Part shown: in pieces, positions 8,315 through 17,523 of the stretch
Position numbering within the stretch: the first letter of the stretch is position 1
Layout: the number at the start of each line of letters is the position of its first letter
Origin: an uncultured Nitrososphaerota archaeon
Lineage (GTDB): Archaea > Thermoproteota > EX4484-205 > JAAOZO01
Direction of reading: 5' to 3'
DNA length: 34,881 nucleotides
Assembly: GCA_964408285.1 (NCBI GenBank)
Contig: CAYOYV010000013.1
Location: 11,617 to 46,497 of the forward strand
Notes under the pieces: model-generated
Database searches by the model: none
Seen by the model: only the letters and a program-made list of their open reading frames with translations
Told to the model about the DNA's origin: nothing
Position numbers and translations under genes: made by a program

Positions 8315-9688
8315 ATGAGGAATGCCTTCAGGAAAGCCGCCCTAGGCGACGAAAGCGAACTCATCTTTGGCAAGGCTAAGTCCGCTGTCCGATATGGCAG
8401 AGGGCTTGTTGCAGGTGACGGGATTGTAATACCTGAGATCAAATTCCATCCGAGAAGGGAATCCGAAGGCGATGTCAAGGCTACGTCGAAGGAATATGTG
8501 GGCATAGTCAAGGATCTCATGGAGAAGGCAGTATGGCTTGGTATGGAACGAGTTCAGATCGAGACGGAGTTCACGGCAAGCGACATTGAGGATCCTGGTT
8601 ACGCAAGGGAAGTCCTAATAGCGCAGACCGATCTCCTCGAAACATACAAAAGCAAATATGGCATCTCATCAGCACTGAGGGTCACAGTTCCGGACATCAG
8701 AAATCCCGCAGGCGGTATGCGGAATGGACCAGAGGTCGAGAAGATGTTTCAGCTTTTCGAGGACGCCTGCGAACATGGAGCGGACCTCGTATCGATGGAA
8801 TCGATTGGAGGAAAGGAGGCGTTCAATCATGCAATTCTCAGACAAGATCTGTCCCAAGCAATATTCTCAGTCGCGGTGTTGGGCTCAAGGGATTCGGAGT
8901 ACATATGGGATCGGATCGTTCGCATCTCAAGAGGCCACAATGTTGTCCCTGCAGGGGATAGCGCCTGCGGATTCGCGAACACTGCGATGGCACTTGCTGG
9001 TGGAACGAGAACCCGAATGATCTCCCATGTGTTCGCGGCAATTATTAGGGCTATTTCCGCTGTGCGTACTCTCGTGCCATTCGAAATGGGTTGCGTTGGT
9101 CCAGGAAAGGACTGTGCATACGAGAACGTGATAGTAAAAGCAATAACAGGATTTCCCATGTCTATGGAAGGAAAGACTGCAGCAAGTGCGCATCCAAGCT
9201 TGGTTGGAAATGTAGCTATGGCCGCGTGCGATCTATGGTCCAATGAGCAGGTTGAGAACGTAACGTTGTATGGGGGGACAGCGCCTCAGGCTTTCTTGGA
9301 GATGCTTTCCTACGATGTAGGGCTTCTCAATGCCTCCATCTTGCATGGGAAACAGAGCACGTTAAGGGATTTGATATGTCAAAGCAACAAGTATCTCGAC
9401 CCTCAAGCGTTGGTACTCTCTCCAGATGTCGCATGGAGATTGGGGAAAGCAATAGCAGATAGTGAACCGAACGATTTCTTCAGGGCGATTGCAGTTGCCG
9501 ACGAGGCTCTTGAGCAGATCGAGCTTGCCTCCGCTAAGATGCGACTGCCTGAAATAGAGATCAAAGCGCTGAGGAGGTTCAGGGAGGAGATTGGAACTAT
9601 CCCTGATGAGAAGCGATTCGTTGAGACTAACATAAGAGAATTATCAAGCAAGCTTCCTAGCTTCAACCCAAGGAATTACCAACTATGA
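8315..9688 (+). CDS. mtaB: Methanol:corrinoid methyltransferase MtaB
   Basis: MtaB motifs ESIGGKE, GDSACGFANTAM, GPGKDCAYE, TG.PMSMEGKT, SLVGN, CDLWSNE. The Glu/Cys/Cys zinc-ligand positions are present. 457 aa. Confidence 0.92.
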   Translation: MRNAFRKAALGDESELIFGKAKSAVRYGRGLVAGDGIVIPEIKFHPRRESEGDVKATSKEYVGIVKDLMEKAVWLGMERVQIETEFTASDIEDPGYAREVLIAQTDLLETYKSKYGISSALRVTVPDIRNPAGGMRNGPEVEKMFQLFEDACEHGADLVSMESIGGKEAFNHAILRQDLSQAIFSVAVLGSRDSEYIWDRIVRISRGHNVVPAGDSACGFANTAMALAGGTRTRMISHVFAAIIRAISAVRTLVPFEMGCVGPGKDCAYENVIVKAITGFPMSMEGKTAASAHPSLVGNVAMAACDLWSNEQVENVTLYGGTAPQAFLEMLSYDVGLLNASILHGKQSTLRDLICQSNKYLDPQALVLSPDVAWRLGKAIADSEPNDFFRAIAVADEALEQIELASAKMRLPEIEIKALRRFREEIGTIPDEKRFVETNIRELSSKLPSFNPRNYQL

Positions 9689-9698
9689 GGATAGCACC

Positions 9699-11573
9699 AT
9701 GCCTCTCGTGCTTGCCCGTACGGACGGTGAGGTCATCAGAATAGATGCCAAGGGCTCTCTTCTGGATTCCATCGTCCCAAGGGGAATCGACGTCGATTCC
9801 ATATGTGGGGGCAAGGGCAGGTGCGGCAAATGCATCGTCAAGGTTCTAAGGGGCCAATGCAGCCCCCCGACTCGATCGGAGATCGATGTCCTTGGAACTG
9901 ATGCCTTGAATCAGGGATACAGGCTAGCATGCCAGACATTCCCGAAGGGCGAAGTCGAGCTCCGGATCTTTTCAAGGGGAACCAAGAAGAAGATACTCAC
10001 TTCTGCAAAAAACGTTCTGCTGGACTTGGATCCCCTTGTGAAGGTGGACACATTCGCTCTAGTTCAGCCCAGCATAACAGACCAGAAGGACGACCTGGAG
10101 AGACTAATGTCATCGGCCGGAGCGACAGCAATTGACCATGTTCTCCTCGGAAAGATGCCTGGCATTCTTAGGCAGAGCAACTGGCATGTTGACGTCATCA
10201 TGTTTGAGAAGGAGATAGTGGATGTCCTACATGCCGGGGGAGCAGCTCCACTGGGGGCTGCAGTTGACCTAGGGACGACTACAATCGTCCTTTATCTGAC
10301 GGATCTCCGATCTGGGAATCTTGTTCAGGTTCAGGCGGACTACAACATGCAGGCCGCTCACGGTGAGGATGTGATCTCACGGGTTTCTTATTCGGCAGAG
10401 AATGAGCAGAATCTGAAGCGACTTCAGGAGCTCGCCGTCTCCACGATCAACAAGCTGATTGAGCGTTCAGTACTCGAAAGCGGGGTGAGAAGGGAACAGG
10501 TCTGTGACATTGTCGTTGCGGGGAACACTATCATGTTGAGTTTTCTTCTGGGTGCAAATCCGAAATACATCGCGTCTGCCCCTTACACTCCTCCGTTCTT
10601 GAAAGGGATGAGGGTGAAGGCGGCCGATCTGGGGCTGAATTCAAACAAAGCGGCATATCTCCGCACGCTACCCTGCATAAGTGGCTATGTGGGCGCGGAC
10701 ATCGTCGCGGACATCCTAGTTTCCGGTATGGTAGGAGACGAGGGCCCTGTCATGCTCATTGATGTGGGCACAAACGCGGAAGTCGTCCTCAAGTCATCCG
10801 AAGAGAGGATGTCGACGACCTCGTGTGCTGCTGGCCCTGCTTTCGAGGGAGGGGAGTTGTCCTCAGGAATAAGGGCAATGGCAGGGGCAATAGAAGAAGT
10901 CATGATAGATCCCGACGATTTCACGGTCTATTGGAGGGCAATTGAGGGAGCAGCTCCCAAGGGTATCTGTGGTTCGGGATTGGTTGACGCATTGGCATGG
11001 ATGCTTTTCACCGGGATACTGGAGAAATCCGGAAGAATAGCAAAGAAGGAAACCATGGAATGTGTCCGGGTGGTCAACGGAGAAGCTGCCTTGGTCCTCG
11101 CGGCCGATGAGAACGGACGTCTGATAACCGTTACTCAGAGTGACATCAGGAAGGCCCAGCTGGCAAAGGCAGCCATATATGTGGGTTGCGAAACGCTGGT
11201 GAAGAAAGAAGGAATACGGTTCTCGGACCTCAAGAGAATATACTTGGCTGGCGCATTTGGAAACTACATAGACCAAGTGTCTGGAATGTCAATAGGGATG
11301 TTCCCGGACATTGAACTGACCAGATTCGAGAATATCGGCAATGGTTCTGCCGCGGGAGCGAGAATGGTGCTTCTGTCGAAGAAAGCAGATGAGGAAGCGA
11401 TGCGCGTGGCCCGCCGACTTCTTTCCATCGACATGAATCTTGAATCTGATTTCCAGGAGAGATTCGTGAGAGCAACACTGTATCCGCATCACGATGAAGA
11501 TCTATTCGAGAACGTATGGAGAGGCATCAGGAGGAGAAGGGGCATAAGGCCATTGCCTTCTGAACTCAGATAG
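9699..11573 (+). CDS. ATP-dependent reductive activator of corrinoid proteins (RACE/RACo, ASKHA DUF4445) with N-terminal [2Fe-2S] ferredoxin
   Basis: CGGKGRCGKC...RLACQ [2Fe-2S] motif, DLGTTT, GEDVISR, DVGTNAE, CAAGPAFEG, GICGSG, LAGAFG. Confidence 0.93.
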   Translation: MPLVLARTDGEVIRIDAKGSLLDSIVPRGIDVDSICGGKGRCGKCIVKVLRGQCSPPTRSEIDVLGTDALNQGYRLACQTFPKGEVELRIFSRGTKKKILTSAKNVLLDLDPLVKVDTFALVQPSITDQKDDLERLMSSAGATAIDHVLLGKMPGILRQSNWHVDVIMFEKEIVDVLHAGGAAPLGAAVDLGTTTIVLYLTDLRSGNLVQVQADYNMQAAHGEDVISRVSYSAENEQNLKRLQELAVSTINKLIERSVLESGVRREQVCDIVVAGNTIMLSFLLGANPKYIASAPYTPPFLKGMRVKAADLGLNSNKAAYLRTLPCISGYVGADIVADILVSGMVGDEGPVMLIDVGTNAEVVLKSSEERMSTTSCAAGPAFEGGELSSGIRAMAGAIEEVMIDPDDFTVYWRAIEGAAPKGICGSGLVDALAWMLFTGILEKSGRIAKKETMECVRVVNGEAALVLAADENGRLITVTQSDIRKAQLAKAAIYVGCETLVKKEGIRFSDLKRIYLAGAFGNYIDQVSGMSIGMFPDIELTRFENIGNGSAAGARMVLLSKKADEEAMRVARRLLSIDMNLESDFQERFVRATLYPHHDEDLFENVWRGIRRRRGIRPLPSELR

Positions 11574-11639
11574 GGTCTCACCTATGCCTTGTAAGAAGCC
11601 GAAGCAATTCATATCTATCGGCCTGGGATCAAAGTGCCA

Positions 11640-12737
11640 ATGAATTCGCTGGAGAGATTCATGTTGGCGCTGTCACGGAAGGAGCCCGACAAGGTGCCGA
11701 TATATGAATTGTTAGTGAATCCACCTATCATCAGGAAGATAATTGGTCGTGATTCTCTGCCTGATCTGGTTGATTACCTTGACATGGATGGCTTGACGGC
11801 CGGTGAGGATGTCAGGATGAAGCAAATATCGTCCGGCATCTACCAAGATGAATGGGGCATAACATATAAGGTCGGTTCTGGGGAGGTCACATATCCCATA
11901 AAGGGGCCAGTCAGAACTAGATCCGATTTGGAGAAGATCAAGCGCCCCGATCCTGATGCTGATTACAGATTGGGCACGTTGAGATCATACGTGAAGAGAT
12001 TCGGAGGAAGGAGGGCCGTGGTTTTCCTGGGTCATGATTCCTTTGAATTCTCTCATTATCTGACGGGAGGACTGGACAAGCTTCTGCCCCTTTACTATCG
12101 CGAACCGGAGCTTGCACATGACCTCGCTCAGGTTGTGAGTGACTACAAAGTCAGAGTGATGGAGAGGGCGGCTGAGGAAGGGGCGGACGTTCTCCTCACG
12201 GGCGATGACTACGCCTCGAATTCAGGCCCTCTTATGTCCCCCAAGCATTTTCGCGAGTTCATTCTTCCATATCTCTCGAGGGCAATAGAGGTTGCCCGAA
12301 GGAAGGATGTCCCTTTCATGAAACATACAGATGGAAATATCTGGAGCATTCTGCACATTCTGGTGGACGCAGGAATCGATGCTCTTCATCCTATCGAGCC
12401 ACATGCCGGAATGGACATCGGAGAGGTCAAGAAACGGTTCGGAGACAGGATTTGCCTGGTCGGGAATATTGACTGCACAGCACTGCTCCCCCATGGAACC
12501 AAGGCAGAAGTGGAAGAGGCGGTGAAGGAAACCATAGCCAAGGCAAGCCCTGGCGGCGGGCATATCATCTCATCAAGCAATAGCATTCACCCGGGCGTTG
12601 ATCCGAGGAATTTCAAAGTCATGGTGGAATCGACACGAAGGTACGGAGTCTACCCCTTGGATGAGTCATTTGTTGCGACATATGACAAGAGGGACTACAT
12701 GAATCGATATCGCCTGGGTTGGACGCCGGCCAGATAA
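11640..12737 (+). CDS. Uroporphyrinogen decarboxylase superfamily protein (MtaA/CmuA-like methyltransferase)
   Basis: ER...AL...EPDKVP, DEWG, GDDYA...GPLMSP..FREFILP, HTDGN, LHPIEP, GNID, GGGHIISSSNSIH. Confidence 0.85.
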   Translation: MNSLERFMLALSRKEPDKVPIYELLVNPPIIRKIIGRDSLPDLVDYLDMDGLTAGEDVRMKQISSGIYQDEWGITYKVGSGEVTYPIKGPVRTRSDLEKIKRPDPDADYRLGTLRSYVKRFGGRRAVVFLGHDSFEFSHYLTGGLDKLLPLYYREPELAHDLAQVVSDYKVRVMERAAEEGADVLLTGDDYASNSGPLMSPKHFREFILPYLSRAIEVARRKDVPFMKHTDGNIWSILHILVDAGIDALHPIEPHAGMDIGEVKKRFGDRICLVGNIDCTALLPHGTKAEVEEAVKETIAKASPGGGHIISSSNSIHPGVDPRNFKVMVESTRRYGVYPLDESFVATYDKRDYMNRYRLGWTPAR

Positions 12738-12788
12738 TACGCGTTGAGACTTTAATAGTCGGATAAAAGAGAGCGGTTCAATCAAATA

Positions 12789-13817
12789 ATGGGCGTCATG
12801 CTAACACCGATAATCAAGAAAAGGACAGTTTCACTCGATGACTTGAGGGGATTGACTATAGCAGTTGATGCGAACAACATCCTACATCAATTTCTAGCGC
12901 TCATAAGATCTCCAGACGGAACGCCCCTGATGGATTCAAAGAAGAGAGCAACGTCACATCTGGTCGGGCTCCTTCTCAGAACGAGCAGGCTCATCGGTCG
13001 GTTCGGGATATTCCCAGTTTTCATCTTCGATGGCGAGCCACCTGCGCTGAAGGCGGGGGAGATACGGAGGAGAAGAGCAGCTCGCAGAAAAGCAGAGAAG
13101 GAGTGGAAAGAGGCCAGAAGAAAAGGGGATTTGGCCAAGGCGTTCTCCAAAGCGGTCTACTCCGGGAGACTTACGTCCGACATGACAGATGATGCAAAAA
13201 GGTTGCTTGAACTGATGGGAGTGTCGCAAATCCAAGCCCCAGGCGAGGCAGAGGCTCAGGCATCCTTCATGGCCGGCAAGGGTCAAGTCTGGGCAGTGAA
13301 CAGCCAAGACTATGATTCATTGCTCTTTGGGGCGCCCAGGCTTCTTAGATACATTACGATATCTGGGAAGGAATTCATGCCGAGAAAGGGAGAGTCTAGG
13401 CCTCTGAGACCTGAGTTGATTGATTCCGCAGTCCTTCTCTCTCATCTTGGCCTCACAAGGGATCAGTTAGTTGACCTCTCGATTCTGATCGGAACCGACT
13501 ACAATCAAGGTGTGTTCGGTATTGGACCGAAGAAGGCTTTGAGGTTGATAGGCCATTTTGGGTCAATAGAGAAGATGCCCCCTCATATGATCTCCGGACT
13601 TGATTCCAACTATCAGGCGGTCAGGGACCTATTTCTGCATCCCACGGTATCGGAGACATGTTCAATCACTCACGCTGTATTGGATGAAGATGGTTTGATA
13701 CACTTCCTTTGTGACGAGAGAGACTTCGCCAGAGATAGAGTCGAGAATGCAATAGAGACTTTGAGAAGTGGTCTCTCGATGAGGAGATCAAAAAGACTGA
13801 TGGAATATCTCAGCTGA
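12789..13817 (+). CDS. fen: Flap endonuclease-1
   Basis: MGV start, DANNILHQFL..IR..DG.PL, FDG.PP..K, EAEAQA, SQDYDSLLFG, GTDYN.G..GIGPKKA, and a degenerate C-terminal PIP-like tail KRLMEYL. Confidence 0.95.
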   Translation: MGVMLTPIIKKRTVSLDDLRGLTIAVDANNILHQFLALIRSPDGTPLMDSKKRATSHLVGLLLRTSRLIGRFGIFPVFIFDGEPPALKAGEIRRRRAARRKAEKEWKEARRKGDLAKAFSKAVYSGRLTSDMTDDAKRLLELMGVSQIQAPGEAEAQASFMAGKGQVWAVNSQDYDSLLFGAPRLLRYITISGKEFMPRKGESRPLRPELIDSAVLLSHLGLTRDQLVDLSILIGTDYNQGVFGIGPKKALRLIGHFGSIEKMPPHMISGLDSNYQAVRDLFLHPTVSETCSITHAVLDEDGLIHFLCDERDFARDRVENAIETLRSGLSMRRSKRLMEYLS

Positions 13818-13866
13818 GAATCTGGAACGGAAAAAACCTTGAAAAATGCATGAGGAGGCAGAGGAC

Positions 13867-14091
13867 CTAGAGATCCTCTGGTCTCACGGTTGATCTCTTG
13901 TTCTTCTCCGCTCTGTGTACGGCTTTCTTTAGGATTCCTTCGACTATCTTGTTGAGTTCTCCAAATGAATCTGGATCAGTTCTCTTGTTGTTTTTCTTGA
14001 AGAACTCCTTGCAGGAACCCTTCACAATGTAGCTTACCTCTTCCTTCTCCTTCGGTGCAGGTTTTGCTGCCTCCTTCGTTGCTTCACTCAA
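13867..14091 (-). CDS. Archaeal histone-fold protein, alpha3-truncated (face-to-face / DUF1931-like) type, with N-terminal extension
   Basis: C-terminal KAVHRAEKNKRSTVRPEDL matches the histone RxTxxxxD signature and ends immediately after it. TTG start at 14091 is preceded by a GGTGA SD and a TATA-like ATAAATA near 14130. 74 aa. Confidence 0.82.
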   Translation of the reverse strand: MSEATKEAAKPAPKEKEEVSYIVKGSCKEFFKKNNKRTDPDSFGELNKIVEGILKKAVHRAEKNKRSTVRPEDL

Positions 14092-14302
14092 TTTTGTTTC
14101 ACCTGCATATATTGAGCACATAACCCTATTTATGATTTCTTAGCGAGTTTGATTTAGTAAAGGCTGAGCGAGCTCATTTTGGGGGCTACTATATAAGCAT
14201 CATGTTCCAAGGTCGATTCTCTGTTCGGCTAGGGACTCGATTCCGATACATTCAATGAAGTATGAAGGTCGTGACTACTGATGAATATCGGGGATCCCCT
14301 TC

Positions 14303-15001
14303 TCAGCGAGCGCCCATCATTGCCCTTATCTTTGGCTCGTAAAAATACCACAGCCAATCGGCGAATTCCGCAAGATTCTTTGTCTGCAAAAGGACTTCTC
14401 CGGGTCCCGTGACCTCAACAATCACACCTTCTCCACTCAGCACGAATTCTTTCAGACCTCCCAGTGTCTTGACCTCGTATGAACATGTGTCTGACAAGGC
14501 CACAAGGTGGAAGTTGTCTACGATAAGTTTCTCCCCTGGAAGCAGATCATGTCTGTCTATGGCGCCAAATGTGTTGATGAATAGGTCTCCTGTTCCCGAT
14601 GTCCTTATCATGAAAAGCCCCTGGCCGAAGATGCCCCTTGTGAATCCCTGCCATTGCACGTCTAGATTCACGGTCGATTGAGACGCTATGTAGGAAGATT
14701 TCTGTACTATGTACCCTCTTTGGCCATCCAACGTAAGTTTCTCTATGTCCCCGATAGGGGCTGCAACGAACCCGATCTCCCCTGGCGCGTTGGGAGCCGT
14801 GTAGTCATTCACGAAGAAAGACTGCCTTCCAAGTATCCCCACCTTGAGTGTGTCCCAAAGTCCGCCTCGTGCACGCGTGTTCATCTGAATACTGGGGGAC
14901 ATGTAGGTCATTGCCCCAGCTTCAGCTGTTATTGTCTCTCCCTGCTTTAGCCCCACAACCAAGAGACTATATGATGGCCTATACTTTATTTCGTATCTCA
15001 T
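14303..15001 (-). CDS. TIGR00266 / AIM24 family protein
   Basis: L.V.L..GE.I.AEAGAM, SFFVN, GQGLF...SGTG.LF...FGAI, VDNFHLVA, SGEG....TGPG.V..QT. Confidence 0.92.
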   Translation of the reverse strand: MRYEIKYRPSYSLLVVGLKQGETITAEAGAMTYMSPSIQMNTRARGGLWDTLKVGILGRQSFFVNDYTAPNAPGEIGFVAAPIGDIEKLTLDGQRGYIVQKSSYIASQSTVNLDVQWQGFTRGIFGQGLFMIRTSGTGDLFINTFGAIDRHDLLPGEKLIVDNFHLVALSDTCSYEVKTLGGLKEFVLSGEGVIVEVTGPGEVLLQTKNLAEFADWLWYFYEPKIRAMMGAR

Positions 15002-15251
15002 ACCGATTGGTGTGTCATTTCCACATAAAAACCTTGGCATGATTCAGTCGATCGCAGGTACGAGAAAGGCGCAGATCTACTTGGGACGCGACTGTCGTTC
15101 CGCTAGCTAGCCGCACACCGTTGAATTGGAATGGCATTTGGCAACCTGGTCATCAGTGGGCATTGCGCCAGCCTCTTGACGTTGCCCATTTCGGCGATTC
15201 GTGCAGACGGAAAGCTAAGACACCGTTCATGAAAGACGGGAAGGGGCCAAG

Positions 15252-15332
15252 ATGTCGGAGAATGTCCTCAGGAAGCAAGTCCTTGAACTTCTTGGACTAT
15301 GGCCCGGAAGAAGAGAAAACAAGGTCTATTGA
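15252..15332 (+). CDS. Possible small protein (26 aa), MSENVLRKQVLELLGLWPGRRENKVY
   Basis: ATG with a purine-rich GGGAAGGGG just upstream, amphipathic-helix-like sequence, followed by a GC-rich potential hairpin. No homology support. Confidence 0.25.
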   Translation: MSENVLRKQVLELLGLWPGRRENKVY

Positions 15333-15465
15333 GCGGGGTCCCGATCACAGGAGGGATCCGACTTCAATTGCTTGGATTTCTCCCTGTCGACGGTCCATGC
15401 CTATCAGCATTCCCTATCAGCGCTCTCCGAAATCCAGCAAATCCCCTTCGATTGATCCACTAGCT

Positions 15466-15711
15466 TCAAATATCATGCTCATGTTCAGCGATCAAGCCCC
15501 TTCTTTCTAGGTTTCTAAGGGCCGCGTCGACTTCCCACAGATGGCATCCTAATATCCTCCAAATGGATGAAACCGGCATTTTTCCATTCTCTTTGAGAAG
15601 GCGCATTATCTCTTCCTCTAAGTCGATTGGGTCCCTGAAGATTACCAGATCCCAGTGAGGACCGAAGACTATCAGGGAATCCCTTACCTCCTCTGGCTCT
15701 TGGTCCTCCAT
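15466..15711 (-). CDS. Small winged helix-turn-helix protein
   Basis: EEIMRLLKENGKMPVSSIWRILGC....VDAALRNLERRGLI is a wHTH pattern. TTATAT box about 25 nt upstream of ATG 15711. Confidence 0.65.
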   Translation of the reverse strand: MEDQEPEEVRDSLIVFGPHWDLVIFRDPIDLEEEIMRLLKENGKMPVSSIWRILGCHLWEVDAALRNLERRGLIAEHEHDI

Positions 15712-15875
15712 TTGATGGATCAATTCCCTTCTACGATATAAGCGATTTGAGATAGACTACCCTTTTTCCTGAAGAGAACCGTCTGCCAGTGCTTGCCTTC
15801 CTGTACATTGGATGGAGTGACCACGCCAGTCTTATAAACAGAACCACGAGAGTGAATCATCCGGAGGAATGCACT

Positions 15876-16592
15876 GTGAAGGCGCTTCTCTTGGCGGGTG
15901 GGTATGCAACCAGATTGATGCCTTTGAGCAGAGATACCCCAAAGCCACTTCTGACAATAAAAGGAAGAGCGGCGATGGACTACGTCCTAGATTCACTTAA
16001 GGGCATACAGATTGATGGCGTTTTCGTTCTCACTAATAGAAGATTCGCGGAAAGTTTCGAATCGTGGAGGAAAGAGAGAAGGATCAATGTCGAGTTCCTC
16101 GTGGAGGATAGCTCTGCCGAAAGTGAAAAGCCGGGTGCGATAGCTGCAATCCTGAACGCAATAAGAGCCTTGGGTGATGACGACTATATCGTGATCGCTG
16201 GCGATAACGTCTTCACAATGAGCCTGGGCGACATGTACAGATATTTCAAGTCAAGGGACGCACCGGTAGTCGGCATATATGATGTTCGGGAAACCAAACT
16301 AGCAACGATGTACTCCACAGTTGAAACTGATGAGAAAGGCAGGATCGTAAAGATGCTCGAGAAGCCAAAGCATCCTGAAGGTACTCTGATTGTCACTTGC
16401 ATCTACATCCTGCCCAAGGGAATCGGTGAAATGTTGCAGCAATATCTGGCATCTGGTGGCCACAAGGATAGTCCAGGTTACTTCGTAGAATGGTTATCGA
16501 AAAGGACCGTTGTCTACGGATATCCTGTAACCGGCAAGTGGTTCGATGTGGGGACAACAGAAGCCCTTGAGCGAGCACAAAAGGAGATCTAG
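15876..16592 (+). CDS. Sugar-1-phosphate nucleotidyltransferase (NTP_transferase family)
   Basis: LLAGGYATRL.PL....PKPLL, AGDN, EKP, WFDVGT. GTG start with GGAGG SD and TTATAAA upstream. Confidence 0.92.
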   Translation: MKALLLAGGYATRLMPLSRDTPKPLLTIKGRAAMDYVLDSLKGIQIDGVFVLTNRRFAESFESWRKERRINVEFLVEDSSAESEKPGAIAAILNAIRALGDDDYIVIAGDNVFTMSLGDMYRYFKSRDAPVVGIYDVRETKLATMYSTVETDEKGRIVKMLEKPKHPEGTLIVTCIYILPKGIGEMLQQYLASGGHKDSPGYFVEWLSKRTVVYGYPVTGKWFDVGTTEALERAQKEI

Positions 16593-16596
16593 TTAG

Positions 16597-17523
16597 TTAC
16601 GTCTTCAGAGGAATCCTCGAAAGCCCTTCGACGAGACTCACTGATGAGCTGAATCCGATTGTCTTCCTTGCAAGAGTGACATCGGCGTAGCTACTCTTGA
16701 TGTCGCCCGACCTGGCTGGAGAGAAGCGTACGCGCAATCCTCTCCTCCCCGATATTCTGATGAGCATCTCTGCAAGTCGCTTTATGGATGTGGGCTTGCC
16801 CGTTGCGATGTTCAATGTAAGGCCTTTTGCCTTCTTCTCTGTCATAGATCTGATCATTGCTTCAACACAGTCGCCCACGAATATGAAGTCCCTGGTCTGA
16901 TTTCCGTTCCCGAAGATGACCGGATCCTTGTTCTGTTTGATTGATTCAACGAATCTGGTTATTACTCCAGCGTAGGGACTGTATCTTTGTCCCGGGCCGT
17001 ATACGTTGAATATTCTCAATATTACCGCGTCGAGCCCGGAAAGCGTCCTGAAGGCATTCACGTAGTGTTCTGCTGCAAGTTTGCTTGCTCCGTATGGAGA
17101 GATAGGTCTTGTCCGGCTCGTTTCCTTTAGAGGAAGCTCTGATGGAATTCCATACACTGCCGCGGACGATGGGAAGACGACCCGTCCCACGCCAGATTCA
17201 ATGCTAGATCTGATGACCTGCAATGTCCCGCCCACATTCACAGAGTTGGTGCTCAAGGGATCTCTAATGGATTCATGGATATTCGTCTGGGCCGCTAGAT
17301 GAAACAGAACCTCGCAGCCATGGAGAAGGGGTATAATGCTCTTGAAGTCTCTTACGTCTGACTTGCTGAACCGAAACCCAGTCCTCTGGAGGTAGGGCTT
17401 CAATGCGTTCGGGTCTCCTGTTGATAGATTGTCAACTCCCATGATTTCGTGCCCTTCCATCAGCAGTCTGTCCACGAGATAAGGCCCTATAAAGCCCGCA
17501 GCTCCAGTCACGACTATTCTCAA
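16597..17523 (-). CDS. NAD-dependent nucleotide-sugar epimerase/dehydratase (GalE-like extended SDR)
   Basis: TGAAGFIG, HLAA, SSAAVYG, YGASK, NVYGP, RDFIFV.D. Confidence 0.93.
   Translation of the reverse strand: MRIVVTGAAGFIGPYLVDRLLMEGHEIMGVDNLSTGDPNALKPYLQRTGFRFSKSDVRDFKSIIPLLHGCEVLFHLAAQTNIHESIRDPLSTNSVNVGGTLQVIRSSIESGVGRVVFPSSAAVYGIPSELPLKETSRTRPISPYGASKLAAEHYVNAFRTLSGLDAVILRIFNVYGPGQRYSPYAGVITRFVESIKQNKDPVIFGNGNQTRDFIFVGDCVEAMIRSMTEKKAKGLTLNIATGKPTSIKRLAEMLIRISGRRGLRVRFSPARSGDIKSSYADVTLARKTIGFSSSVSLVEGLSRIPLKT

Noticed and set aside
8308-8317. Amber stop of the corrinoid gene as a possible pyrrolysine read-through into mtaB
   Set aside because: mtaB starts in a different frame, MtaB-family enzymes do not use pyrrolysine, and both proteins are full length.
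14255-14300. CTGATGA as a hammerhead ribozyme core or C/D-box sRNA
   Set aside because: No matching GAAA core with flanking stems, and no properly spaced C, D', C', D box set.
15121-15510. 129-aa plus-strand ORF with TTG start
   Set aside because: Atypical composition, no motif, and it overlaps the wHTH gene. Likely spurious.
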